A DNA stretch of 64,000 nt from Candidatus Latescibacterota bacterium (lineage in GTDB: Bacteria > Latescibacterota > UBA2968), in assembly GCA_965207885.1 (NCBI GenBank), contig OZ242311.1:5024001-5088000 (forward strand), written 5' to 3'. Every line of letters begins with the position of its first letter. The stretch's first letter is position 1. Shown one piece after another: positions 32,333 through 41,753 of this stretch. Both the position numbers and the translations under genes were made by a program. Below the pieces are notes generated by a model. That model worked only from the letters and a program-made list of their open reading frames with translations. It was not told the origin of the DNA and ran no database searches.

Positions 32333-34012
32333 CTAAAACGCCCGCCGAAACCGCACCCAAACCCGCCAATCAACCGGACCGTTCGCATCCAGCGGCCGGG
32401 CAAAAAACACGCGCAAATTATCGGTCTTTAATCCAAATCCCGCACTCGTTACAACCCGTGTTTCAACAGGCCCTCTATCCGAAAACCACGCCTTACCCGC
32501 ATCAAAAAATACACCGATGCCAACATCATCTAAAGGCCAGTCATCCCTAAAATGAGCTTCGCCATCAACCCAATAAATCGCATTAAACAGCACCATGCGA
32601 TCTCCCTCATAAGCATTCAATCCATAACCCCTAAGCGAAGAAGGACCTCCGAGACGATAGAGAAATTGCACGGGCACACGTCCTCGTCCAGTACCCGCGC
32701 GAACGCGCAAATTCAATTGGGTCCCACGCCCCGCATACTGATAGCGGCGCACATCCAGGATATAGCGTTCAAAATCAAAATCGCCTCCCCAAATACCACC
32801 TGCTTTCTCAGCCTGTGCCATTAAACGCCATCCCTGTCGAGACCGTTGGCTCGCACGACTATCTAACTGTAGTGTACCCATTACACTGTGCATTTGCCCG
32901 GCCTCAATCTCTGGATTGGGTCGAAAATTCATCCGGCTGCCCCATCGATCGCCAAATAGATTCCAGGAAACGCTATTGGGCATCGACTCGAAAACATCTA
33001 CACCCACCTGTCCTCGAACCTCTACCATCCGATCAAAATCCCGAAAAATATAAGTACTGGCCCCCTCCCGACGATAATAGTCTCTAAAATCGCGTCGCAA
33101 CAAAAAGGCAAAAATCGAATTTTCTATCTCATCAATACGCCAATTATCTTGCGTATTTGTCAACCCGTGCAATTCAAAACCCAGCGCGACCATGTTGTCC
33201 TTTGACGCACCAGAAAAAGTAAAAAACTCAGCACCAGCCTGATAATCCCACCGATTACTCCCAAATCCATAACCCACTTCGCCATAGTGCGCCACCCCGC
33301 GCGAAGTGCGATATTTCAATGGCAAGCGCCAGCCAATAAAAACGCCATCCACCCGATTGTAACGCACCAAAAAATCTTCGTGATCAATGCGCCAAATATT
33401 CGAAAATGGGGCGATATGTGCCTTCCATGAACCCAGGCGGTGGTGTGCTATGTGGGAGACAGACGGTTTATATCCGGGCAATAAACGAGCAACGCGATCA
33501 AAAGCCTCCACCTCTAATTCCCGACCAACAGTTCCCATTTTATCAACTTGAACAACACCAACCACATTGACCAGCGTTAAAGTGGCAGCCTTGCGATCAT
33601 GGACCATTGCAAACAGACCAATAACAGCATCTGCTTCCTTCTGTAAATACACCGATACGCGCTCGCGTTTCTTCCGTGACTGAACGGTTATCTCCCAACC
33701 CATCGCATCTAAATATCGCGCAATTTTGTCCATACGCATTGCAATCTCATCAACCGACAGAACATGCACGCGCACCAGCTTCAGGTCTGATAAGGCCTCA
33801 CCAACTTTTTTATTTTTATTTTTGACCCTTTCAGCGACCTGCTGCAACATCAATTGTCCAATAGACACATCCGCAGTGACATCTTTGGACTCAAACACAT
33901 CCAGTGATCCAACCGCCACATAACCCAAATGACTGGAAATATCTTGCTGTGCATTCGCGATTCCATAAATGAAAAAACAAATGACACTCGCGCACAAAAT
34001 CATTCGGTACAT
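32333..34012 (-). CDS. DUF4252-like domain fused to an Omp85/BamA-like outer-membrane barrel
   Basis: Signal peptide, RYNRVDG, LGGPSSLRGY, VFFDAGKAW, terminal F. Confidence 0.65.
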   Translation of the reverse strand: MYRMILCASVICFFIYGIANAQQDISSHLGYVAVGSLDVFESKDVTADVSIGQLMLQQVAERVKNKNKKVGEALSDLKLVRVHVLSVDEIAMRMDKIARYLDAMGWEITVQSRKKRERVSVYLQKEADAVIGLFAMVHDRKAATLTLVNVVGVVQVDKMGTVGRELEVEAFDRVARLLPGYKPSVSHIAHHRLGSWKAHIAPFSNIWRIDHEDFLVRYNRVDGVFIGWRLPLKYRTSRGVAHYGEVGYGFGSNRWDYQAGAEFFTFSGASKDNMVALGFELHGLTNTQDNWRIDEIENSIFAFLLRRDFRDYYRREGASTYIFRDFDRMVEVRGQVGVDVFESMPNSVSWNLFGDRWGSRMNFRPNPEIEAGQMHSVMGTLQLDSRASQRSRQGWRLMAQAEKAGGIWGGDFDFERYILDVRRYQYAGRGTQLNLRVRAGTGRGRVPVQFLYRLGGPSSLRGYGLNAYEGDRMVLFNAIYWVDGEAHFRDDWPLDDVGIGVFFDAGKAWFSDRGPVETRVVTSAGFGLKTDNLRVFFARPLDANGPVDWRVWVRFRRAF

Positions 34013-34024
34013 ATTCCCCTCCGA

Positions 34025-35593
34025 TCAGAATAACAACAAACCCAACCCCACGCTGTACTCCATTCCACTATAATCCGTTTGCCCATCCACCGGCACAGCA
34101 AAAGGCTCGACAAACCGATTATAGCCTATGCGTCCACCCAGAACAAAAGACTTCAAAAACGGCACATCCAGTCCACCACCCCAATACAACCCATTCACTT
34201 CATCGACATTCTCATCCAATACTTTACCCGTGTACCGACCAACGCCTCCTTCGGCATAAGGGCGCAGAGGTGAACGCCACATATTCAAAGGCATATAAAT
34301 ACGCAGACTGACCAGCTCAGATGACACGCCTGCTTTTTTTTCATCGTCAGCAAACGAAAATCCCGAACGAGAATAATTGATCGAAACATGTTCTGTGGGC
34401 CAGAATCCAAAAATCCAGGCTTTGCTATCATCCCCCAGTTGCCATGCGCCCCTGCTGCGTTCAAGACGCCATCTGCCGGATAGCCTGTGTGGATAGCGGG
34501 CAGATGTCCCGGTTGTTGGCTTCCTCAACGCAGGCCCTCGGCTCGTGGTTTTTTCGCGCACTTGAGAGCGAAAATGCCGATTCTCAAGCAAAAACCGCTC
34601 ACCCTTTTTTAACGCGACCTTTGAATGCAACAATTGCATTCGGTGTTCAAAATGAATGTCATAAACCTCGGGTTCCAATCCCAACTCGAGCGTTTGCCCG
34701 GCGGTCTTGTCCAGCTCTGCCACCAGTTGCTCCTGCGAATTGCGCACAAAAAATCGGCCATTCAACTCATCCGACAAAATCAAACTCGCCGATGTCTCTC
34801 GCACATCGGTCATCACCACATCGCCTGTACCCGTCATCTTAATATCATAAGCCGGATGCTGCGCCCCTCCCTGAGTTTTTTCGGTTCGCTTCAGCGTATT
34901 GCGAAATGCAAACGCATACGCTTCGCTGAGTGTCACCTTGCCATCACCAGTCACATCTGCTGCACCCCGCAAGCCAGACACCAGATAATGCGTGAAAAAC
35001 GATCCGCGAATGCGATCCGATTCTTGTGCAGCCTCATTTTCGGAACTCGAAGTCAAAAACGCATACCCCCGCATATCCGACGACGTATCGACCATAAAGG
35101 CTTTTTGCCTTTGCCCGCCTTTCAGGCGCGTAATAGCGCCCGAAGCACACGCATCGAGCACAGTAATATGCACATCCGCCTGAACGCTATTCATTGCATC
35201 GCGCAAAGCGCGATAGGTCAACCGATCTTCTCCCAACAGCAACCCATTTTCATCGGCATGCCCCGAATAATACAGGACAACTTCGATGCGACTCGACGAT
35301 TGGGATGCTTTTATAACCCGAGATTGCAAATCCATCAAAACCCGTTTAAAATTTTCCAAACTCGGCTCGGCCAATAAAAATTGATCCTCAGATTCAACTC
35401 CCCCCATCATCTCTAAAACACGAGCAAAATGTTTTGCATCCGATACGGCATAACGCAGAGGTATGCGTTTCTCCCCACCAAAATTTGCGCCAGCCGCCAA
35501 CACAAAACGCCGCACAACCTGTGATGCCTCAATTCCCTGAGCACATAACAGCAGACCGATCCCCAACAGTACTACCCATCGGCGCAACATCAC
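34025..35593 (-). CDS. Secreted caspase-like (C14) peptidase fused to a C-terminal beta-barrel
   Basis: Signal peptide, YYSGHAD, LDACASG, RPYAEGGVG..GGGLDV, terminal LLLF. Confidence 0.88.
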   Translation of the reverse strand: MMLRRWVVLLGIGLLLCAQGIEASQVVRRFVLAAGANFGGEKRIPLRYAVSDAKHFARVLEMMGGVESEDQFLLAEPSLENFKRVLMDLQSRVIKASQSSSRIEVVLYYSGHADENGLLLGEDRLTYRALRDAMNSVQADVHITVLDACASGAITRLKGGQRQKAFMVDTSSDMRGYAFLTSSSENEAAQESDRIRGSFFTHYLVSGLRGAADVTGDGKVTLSEAYAFAFRNTLKRTEKTQGGAQHPAYDIKMTGTGDVVMTDVRETSASLILSDELNGRFFVRNSQEQLVAELDKTAGQTLELGLEPEVYDIHFEHRMQLLHSKVALKKGERFLLENRHFRSQVREKTTSRGPALRKPTTGTSARYPHRLSGRWRLERSRGAWQLGDDSKAWIFGFWPTEHVSINYSRSGFSFADDEKKAGVSSELVSLRIYMPLNMWRSPLRPYAEGGVGRYTGKVLDENVDEVNGLYWGGGLDVPFLKSFVLGGRIGYNRFVEPFAVPVDGQTDYSGMEYSVGLGLLLF

Positions 35594-36348
35594 CTGCCCC
35601 CTTTATAAAGCGTAATGGCAAATTGCTCAAACCCTCTTCCCACTTGCAATGAATCGGGACCGCCCTTTGCCGCTTGTGCCACATCGCGCACGTCAAAAGA
35701 CATATCTGCTGTCAAAAAATAAAACCGTTCCCACTTTGGGGCATCATCCAGTTCGTAAGAATAATCCAGAGACACCGGATCGCCCTGTATCAAGCGCACG
35801 GCACTTGTTCCCGATGAGGGCAAATGCCGCGTCACAGTGCCGCGCCCATCCACAGACACAATCACCCCAAAAGGCTTGCCCGCCGCGCGATAAAAAATCT
35901 GAATCAAATCGCCTGTATAAGCCACACTGCTATCCGACAATTGTTCAATCTCAGACGCCCTTTTTCGATACAACAACAAATCCGGCTTTACGCCTTTTAA
36001 CCGAATGCCATCCATCCCTTTCCGATCCCAGGGTGGCGGCACTTCAGGCCCCGGTAAATAGATCGAAAAAACAACGGCGAGCAAAATCACAGCGGCCAAT
36101 GCCAAACGCGGACCGAACCGCGATATACTCGGCACCCCTCGCCTCTCCGACCGGCGCGCAACCTGCCGCGCAACCCACTCAGTCGGATAGGACGCGTGAA
36201 TTTCTCGATCTGACCCTTCCAATGCCTCCAGGCGCGCTCTCAAATCCGGGTCCTCATCCAGCGCCCTTTGAACAGCTCTCATTTCTTCTTCCGGCAATTC
36301 ATTCAGCCGAAAACGCTCCAGTTTCCAATCACCGCGTTGTCTCCTCAT
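35590..36348 (-). CDS. Putative membrane anti-sigma factor with a periplasmic DUF4384/ActD-like domain
   Basis: Degenerate ASD-like N-terminus (LERFRLNELP..L...R..LE.L), one TM, IRLKG, GDLIQI..VSVDGRG..SYELDDAP..ERFYF; overlaps the sigma gene stop. Confidence 0.75.
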   Translation of the reverse strand: MRRQRGDWKLERFRLNELPEEEMRAVQRALDEDPDLRARLEALEGSDREIHASYPTEWVARQVARRSERRGVPSISRFGPRLALAAVILLAVVFSIYLPGPEVPPPWDRKGMDGIRLKGVKPDLLLYRKRASEIEQLSDSSVAYTGDLIQIFYRAAGKPFGVIVSVDGRGTVTRHLPSSGTSAVRLIQGDPVSLDYSYELDDAPKWERFYFLTADMSFDVRDVAQAAKGGPDSLQVGRGFEQFAITLYKGGR

Positions 36349-36818
36349 AGATCCTCCAACTTCTCCAGCGATTCTCGCAACCCCCGCAACCGTTTTCGCA
36401 CTCCAGAAACCGACATACCAACCTCCCGAGCGACTTCCGCCAATGTGAAACCATCCACAAAATGTAAAACCGCAATTGTTCGCGTCGAATCTCTGTGCCG
36501 GGCAAAAAGCCGGTCGAGCATCGCCCGAGCATCCAACCGCGATTCCAGATCTTCAATCCCAGCAATGTGTATCAACTTCTCATCACCCGGCAGATCGAGC
36601 CGCTGATCGCGAATGCGATTCAAACACACATTGGTCGCAATGCGATATAGCAAACTCGACGGATAGGTCGCTTTCAGACGATCCCGGCGTTGCAATACCC
36701 GCACAAAAACATCTTGCATGGCATCCATGGCGCGATCTTCATCTCGCAACAACCGCCGACAGCGACGCAACACCATAGGACCGTATTTTTGATATAACAA
36801 TTCGACATTCATAAACAA
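36345..36818 (-). CDS. ECF sigma70 factor
   Basis: DAMQDVF, LYRIATNVC, G.TLAEVAREVGMSVSGVRKRL. Confidence 0.92.
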   Translation of the reverse strand: MFMNVELLYQKYGPMVLRRCRRLLRDEDRAMDAMQDVFVRVLQRRDRLKATYPSSLLYRIATNVCLNRIRDQRLDLPGDEKLIHIAGIEDLESRLDARAMLDRLFARHRDSTRTIAVLHFVDGFTLAEVAREVGMSVSGVRKRLRGLRESLEKLEDL

Positions 36819-36835
36819 CCCATCGCTTTATTTTT

Positions 36836-36863
36836 TAACACATCACACAGACCAAAATGTTAC
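36836..36863 (-). promoter_or_regulatory. Candidate ECF autoregulatory promoter
   Basis: GTAAC-N17-GTGTTA just upstream of the sigma gene. Confidence 0.45.
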
Positions 36864-37010
36864 TTTTTTTTGGCAGGCACAAGATCGAGATGAATTTAAA
36901 CGCTCGCCTGAGAAGGAAAATTTGGTTGCTTATTTTTTTTATCCTTTATAGATTATCTGTTCTGTCTAACAACCCCCGTCCCTCAAAAACGATTCCACAG
37001 GTCATAAACT

Positions 37011-38288
37011 ATGAGCACCCCCGAAACAACACGCGAAACGGCTGGCGATACACCAGCCAATGCCCCTTCAGACGACGCGCCCACTGTCGAAGAACTCGAC
37101 AAAAAATACGCTGAAGACACACCTGATACCGAATTTGCCGCATTACTCGAAGAAAGCGATAAGCAGAGTCATCGCGAGGTCTCTACTGGCGACAAAGTCA
37201 CTGGAACCATCCGCGAAATCGGTGACTCCACAGCTTTTATCGACTTTGGCGGCCGCAGTGAAGCATCAATAGACATTCAAGAACTGCGCGACGAATCGGG
37301 CGAATTGAAATACAAGGCTGGCGATACCATCGAAGCCTTTGTCGCCAGCACCGATGGCGAAATACGCCTGGCATTTTCGTTGCGCGTTTCCAGTCGTCAA
37401 CTCCTGCGTCAAGCACATCAAAACGACATGCCCATCGCCGGCAAAGTCACCGGCTTCAATACCGGAGGCCTTGTGGTGAATATCGGCGGCCTTCGCGCAT
37501 TCTGCCCCATGTCACAAATCGACACGGGATATTGCGACGACCCGGCTTCGTATGCGGGCCAAACCCACAACTTCAAAATTGTTGAACTGCGAGGACGCAA
37601 CAATGTCGTCGTTTCACGCCGCGCTTATCTGGAAGAAGAAAATCGCAAAAAAGCCGACGAGATGCGCCAAAAACTCTCAGAAGGTGAAGAAAGAACGGGA
37701 ACCATTACACGCATAGAACGCTTCGGCTCTTTTGTTGACCTCGGAGGAGTTGAAGGTCTGGTACACGTCTCGGAAATCAGCCACACCCGTGTAGAAAATC
37801 CGCGCAGTGTCCTAAAAAAAGGCGAAGAAGTGCGCGTGAAAATAATCGGCCTCAAGAATCTGGGCAAAAAAAATGAGCGCATATCGCTCTCTATCAAAGC
37901 ACTGGAAAGAGATCCCTGGGATACGGTAGCAGAGCGCTACCAATCGGGCAGCATCATTACCGGCAAAGTCGTTTCAATCCAAAATTTCGGTGCCTTTGTC
38001 GAAATTGAACCCGGTATTGAGGGGCTGATCCACATCTCGCAGTTCGTCTCGGGAAAACGCATCTCAAACCCCAGCGAAGTCGTTTCAGTCGGTCAAGAAG
38101 TCAAAACCTTGATCCGCGAAATCGATTTGGGTAAAAAACGCATTTCACTCTCAATGCGCGCCGTTGAAGAACAAGATAGGCAAACGGCTGAAATTGAGGA
38201 CATGGCCGCATTCAAATCCAAGCAAACGCAAGAGTCTCAAAGCGACAATGCCATGGCCGACGCCCTTCGCCGTGCAGGACTCGCCTGA
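37011..38288 (+). CDS. S1-domain RNA-binding protein (short RpsA-like, about 4 S1 domains)
   Basis: FGSFVDLGGVEGLVHVSEIS, FGAFVEIEPGIEGLIHISQ. Confidence 0.9.
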   Translation: MSTPETTRETAGDTPANAPSDDAPTVEELDKKYAEDTPDTEFAALLEESDKQSHREVSTGDKVTGTIREIGDSTAFIDFGGRSEASIDIQELRDESGELKYKAGDTIEAFVASTDGEIRLAFSLRVSSRQLLRQAHQNDMPIAGKVTGFNTGGLVVNIGGLRAFCPMSQIDTGYCDDPASYAGQTHNFKIVELRGRNNVVVSRRAYLEEENRKKADEMRQKLSEGEERTGTITRIERFGSFVDLGGVEGLVHVSEISHTRVENPRSVLKKGEEVRVKIIGLKNLGKKNERISLSIKALERDPWDTVAERYQSGSIITGKVVSIQNFGAFVEIEPGIEGLIHISQFVSGKRISNPSEVVSVGQEVKTLIREIDLGKKRISLSMRAVEEQDRQTAEIEDMAAFKSKQTQESQSDNAMADALRRAGLA

Positions 38289-38304
38289 GAGGCCGTTAAA
38301 ATTC

Positions 38305-38369
38305 AGCGGTCAGTTTTGCGCCATCACGTCTCATTGGGTGATCGTTAAAAACTGACCGCTTATTTTTTT
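38305..38369 (+). terminator. Intrinsic terminator
   Basis: AGCGGTCAGTTTT...AAAACTGACCGCT followed by T tract. Confidence 0.7.
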
Positions 38370-38377
38370 ATGTTAAA

Positions 38378-38719
38378 ATGTCTAAAAACACCGACAACAA
38401 CGCGCTCCTGAAGGATGTCCGATTTCAAACTATGCGCGGGTCTGGCCCCGGCGGTCAACATCGCAACAAAGTTGAAACCGCCGTACGCGCGACCCACATA
38501 CCCACGGGTATTGCGGTCATCGCCACAGAACACCGCTCACAACACCGCAACAAACAACTCGCCCTCGAACGTTTGCAAAACCGCTTGAACGAGCGCAACA
38601 AAAAGCGCAAACCGCGCATCAAAACCCGCCCCAACCGATCTTCGATCGAGAAACGCCTGGAAAAAAAACGCCAGCGTGCAGAAAAAAAACGCCAGCGACA
38701 ACGCGTGGTCAACAATTAG
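38378..38719 (+). CDS. Class-I release-factor-like ribosome rescue peptidyl-tRNA hydrolase (ArfB-like)
   Basis: [21 protein letters not shown], basic C-terminal tail. Confidence 0.85.
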   Translation: MSKNTDNNALLKDVRFQTMRGSGPGGQHRNKVETAVRATHIPTGIAVIATEHRSQHRNKQLALERLQNRLNERNKKRKPRIKTRPNRSSIEKRLEKKRQRAEKKRQRQRVVNN

Positions 38720-39711
38720 CTCCCAAAATGATCATATCCCAACTGCTCCAATAGCACGCGCTTGCCATCCTCATCTTCTATCATCACACGACCATCGCCA
38801 GCCACAACCTCGCCAATGCGACAAATAGAATACTGTTCTGCCAGTGCTTCGACCTTATCGACCTGTGTGTGAGACACAGAAAATAGCAACTCAAAATCTT
38901 CCCCTCCAGTGAGAGCAAGATCCAATTTTTCTTTCTCACTCACTTCACAAAATTTCACAAACGCCAGCGACATGGGAATCGTCGCTGCCCGAATCACAGC
39001 CGACACGCCACTTTGCTGGCAAACATGGCTCAAATCCGAAGCCACCCCATCCGACACATCGATCATCGCTGTCACCGCACCTGTCTCCGCCAATACCTGC
39101 CCCAAATCCAACCGAGGCTCAGGCCGATAATGCCTTTGTAACAACGCGGTTCGCACCTCACCTGGCAGATCGACATCACCCAATACCAGCCCCAAACCAC
39201 CTGCAGCATCGCCCAATGTCCCCGATACATAGACAGCATCACCCACTTGTGCGCCAGACCGATAACACACCTGGTCTCGCGCCATCTCACCCGTAAGCGT
39301 CAAACTCAAAACCAGCGCACCAGACGTGCGCGTTGTATCACCGCCCACAACAGCCACATCAAACCGATCTGCACAGGCAAAAAGCCCGTTGTAAATACGC
39401 TCCACATAACCCACATCACAATCACCCGATGCGCTGACCGCCACAACCGCATCCGTTGGTTTCCCTCCCATAGCAGCCACATCGGACAAACTCGCAGCCA
39501 GTAATTTGTACCCCACACCTTCTGGCGGTGCCTGTGACACAAAGTGTACGCCCTCAACCATCGCATCAACCGTCACCAATCGCACGCGCGCCTGCCCGGC
39601 AGCCATAACAGCGCAATCATCTCCAATCCCACACAGAACCCGATTGCGCTGTGCGTGCGCGGCAATGCGATCAATAAAATCGAACTCTCCGATATCCTTA
39701 AACCGATCCAT
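38716..39711 (-). CDS. thiL: Thiamine-monophosphate kinase
   Basis: [38 protein letters not shown]. Confidence 0.93.
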   Translation of the reverse strand: MDRFKDIGEFDFIDRIAAHAQRNRVLCGIGDDCAVMAAGQARVRLVTVDAMVEGVHFVSQAPPEGVGYKLLAASLSDVAAMGGKPTDAVVAVSASGDCDVGYVERIYNGLFACADRFDVAVVGGDTTRTSGALVLSLTLTGEMARDQVCYRSGAQVGDAVYVSGTLGDAAGGLGLVLGDVDLPGEVRTALLQRHYRPEPRLDLGQVLAETGAVTAMIDVSDGVASDLSHVCQQSGVSAVIRAATIPMSLAFVKFCEVSEKEKLDLALTGGEDFELLFSVSHTQVDKVEALAEQYSICRIGEVVAGDGRVMIEDEDGKRVLLEQLGYDHFGS

Positions 39712-39712
39712 C

Positions 39713-40477
39713 TCACTTTTCCCCCCACGCCCACGCCACAACATCTCGATACGCCACATCGCCCCCAAAAATATCCAGCGCACTGCCAATAGTCAGATCT
39801 ACCCGCCCCTGGCCCAGCACATTGACGCGGTGCATATCCGATAGCTCTCGCACCCCGCCTGCATAAGTTACCGGCACGGGTGACCATTTGCCCAATAATT
39901 CCACCAGAGGTTCTTCTACACCTGCTCGTTTGCCCTCAACATCAACCCCATGCACCAAAAACTCAGCACAATAGCCGGCCAACGCACTCAAAGTCTCCTC
40001 GCCGACAGTCACATCCGTAAATCTTTGCCAGCGATCCGTTACAACAACATAATCATCACCGCGCCTTCGACAACTCAAATCCAGAACCAAACGCCCTCTA
40101 CCCACAGTCTGTATCATCTCATCCAACCGCCTCATATCAATTTGCCCATCTCGGAAAACATAAGACGTCACAATTACATGGCTTGCACCCGCACGCAAGA
40201 ATTTTTTCGCATTATGTGGCGTGATACCCCCACCCATATGCAGACCCTCGGGAAACGCCTCCAGAGCCTCCAACGCCGCCGCTTCATTGCCCGGCCCAAG
40301 CGCAATCACATGGCCGCCCCAAAATCCATCCTCGCGATACAGCCGTGCATAATCCGCAGGAGAGCGTTCGGTCTCAAAATTTGTCACCGTGTGCTGGGCA
40401 TCCCCATCGCGCAACGTGCCCCCCACGATTTGTACAACCCGACCATCTTTCAAATCAATACACGGTCTGAATTTCAT
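39713..40477 (-). CDS. hisA: ProFAR isomerase, eukaryote-like (HIS6-type)
   Basis: MKFRPCIDL, GGHVI, LVLDLSCR, HGVDVEG, DLTIGSALDIFGG. Confidence 0.9.
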   Translation of the reverse strand: MKFRPCIDLKDGRVVQIVGGTLRDGDAQHTVTNFETERSPADYARLYREDGFWGGHVIALGPGNEAAALEALEAFPEGLHMGGGITPHNAKKFLRAGASHVIVTSYVFRDGQIDMRRLDEMIQTVGRGRLVLDLSCRRRGDDYVVVTDRWQRFTDVTVGEETLSALAGYCAEFLVHGVDVEGKRAGVEEPLVELLGKWSPVPVTYAGGVRELSDMHRVNVLGQGRVDLTIGSALDIFGGDVAYRDVVAWAWGEK

Positions 40478-40609
40478 GTGATCTACCCAACGGGCGGGCA
40501 CGGGAACACCGCCCCTACAACTTTCTGTAAAAAATATGGATTACAAACATATTATGTGTTATTTTTCTATTTATATCAACATCAACCGCGATCATCCCAA
40601 GGAAACTTT

Positions 40610-41728
40610 ATGCAAGATCCCCGACTTGAAAAACTCGCCGATGTCCTAATTCGCCATTCCACAAAGTTACAAGCGGGCGAAACCGTCCTCATTCAAGGCT
40701 ACGACATGCCCGAAGACATGATCATTGCACTCATTCGCAAAGTGCGCGAAGTCGGCGGCATTCCCCTGGTATCCATGAAAAACAACCGCATCCAACGCGA
40801 ACTCATCCATACAGGAGATGTCGCCACCATGCAACAAGCAGGCGATTACGAAGCCTTCCGAATGAAGCGCGTACAGGCCTATATCGGTCTGCGCGGTAGC
40901 CGCAACATCTCAGAATTATCAGATGTATCCAGCACCGCGATGAATATTTACGAAAAACACTGGCTCAAACCCGTGCATTTTGCTATCCGCGTGCCGCATA
41001 CCAAATGGGTAGTCTTGCGATGGCCCACACCTTCTATGGCACAACAGGCGCAACAAAGTACTGAAGCTTTTGAAGATTTTTACTTTGACGTCTGCACGCT
41101 CGACTATGGCAAAATGGCCGAAGCGGTTGTACCCCTCCAAAAACGCATGGAACAAACCGAGCGCGTGCGCATCACCGGAGTCGATACCGATCTATCCTTT
41201 AGCATCAAAAACATACCAGTCAGACCCTGTACGGGACTTCGCAACATCCCCGATGGCGAGTGTTTTACCGCACCGGTGAAATACTCAGTAAACGGTCACA
41301 TCCATTTCAACGTTCCCACTATCTATCGCGGTACAACATTTTCAGATATCAAACTGACCTTTCAAGCGGGCAAAATCATCGACGCGATCGCAAATGACAC
41401 CGATAAACTCAACGATATTCTCGACACCGATAAAGGCGCGCGTTATATTGGTGAATTTGCCATCGCATTCAACCCCTATATCACATCGCCTATGCTCGAT
41501 ATCCTCTTCGACGAGAAAATAGCGGGCTCATTCCACTTTACACCCGGAAATGCCTATCCCGATGACGCCGACAACGGCAACCGCTCTGCCGTACACTGGG
41601 ACATGGTATTTATCCAAACACCCGAATACGGCGGAGGAGAAATCTACTTCGACGACGAGTGCATTCGCAAAGACGGGCATTTTGTCGTAGAAGACCTCAA
41701 AGGGCTAAACCCCGAAAACCTCAAATAA
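40610..41728 (+). CDS. M29 aminopeptidase (AmpS/PepS type)
   Basis: NIPDGECFTAP, IGEFAI, LFDEKIAGSFH, SAVHWD; the ORF-track N-terminal extension is antisense to hisA. Confidence 0.92.
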   Translation: MQDPRLEKLADVLIRHSTKLQAGETVLIQGYDMPEDMIIALIRKVREVGGIPLVSMKNNRIQRELIHTGDVATMQQAGDYEAFRMKRVQAYIGLRGSRNISELSDVSSTAMNIYEKHWLKPVHFAIRVPHTKWVVLRWPTPSMAQQAQQSTEAFEDFYFDVCTLDYGKMAEAVVPLQKRMEQTERVRITGVDTDLSFSIKNIPVRPCTGLRNIPDGECFTAPVKYSVNGHIHFNVPTIYRGTTFSDIKLTFQAGKIIDAIANDTDKLNDILDTDKGARYIGEFAIAFNPYITSPMLDILFDEKIAGSFHFTPGNAYPDDADNGNRSAVHWDMVFIQTPEYGGGEIYFDDECIRKDGHFVVEDLKGLNPENLK

Positions 41729-41753
41729 ACTAAAATAGCTTTCACAACTGCCC

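Noticed and set aside
39713-40477. Eukaryote-type hisA as a recent transfer from eukaryotes
   Set aside because: This subtype is already known in various bacteria and the composition matches neighbouring genes
40492-40519. GCCCCTAC-ending GTAG-type REP remnant
   Set aside because: Only a partial single copy in this window
39950-40609. N-terminal extension of the aminopeptidase ORF
   Set aside because: Overlaps hisA on the opposite strand; family similarity starts at MQDPR (40610)
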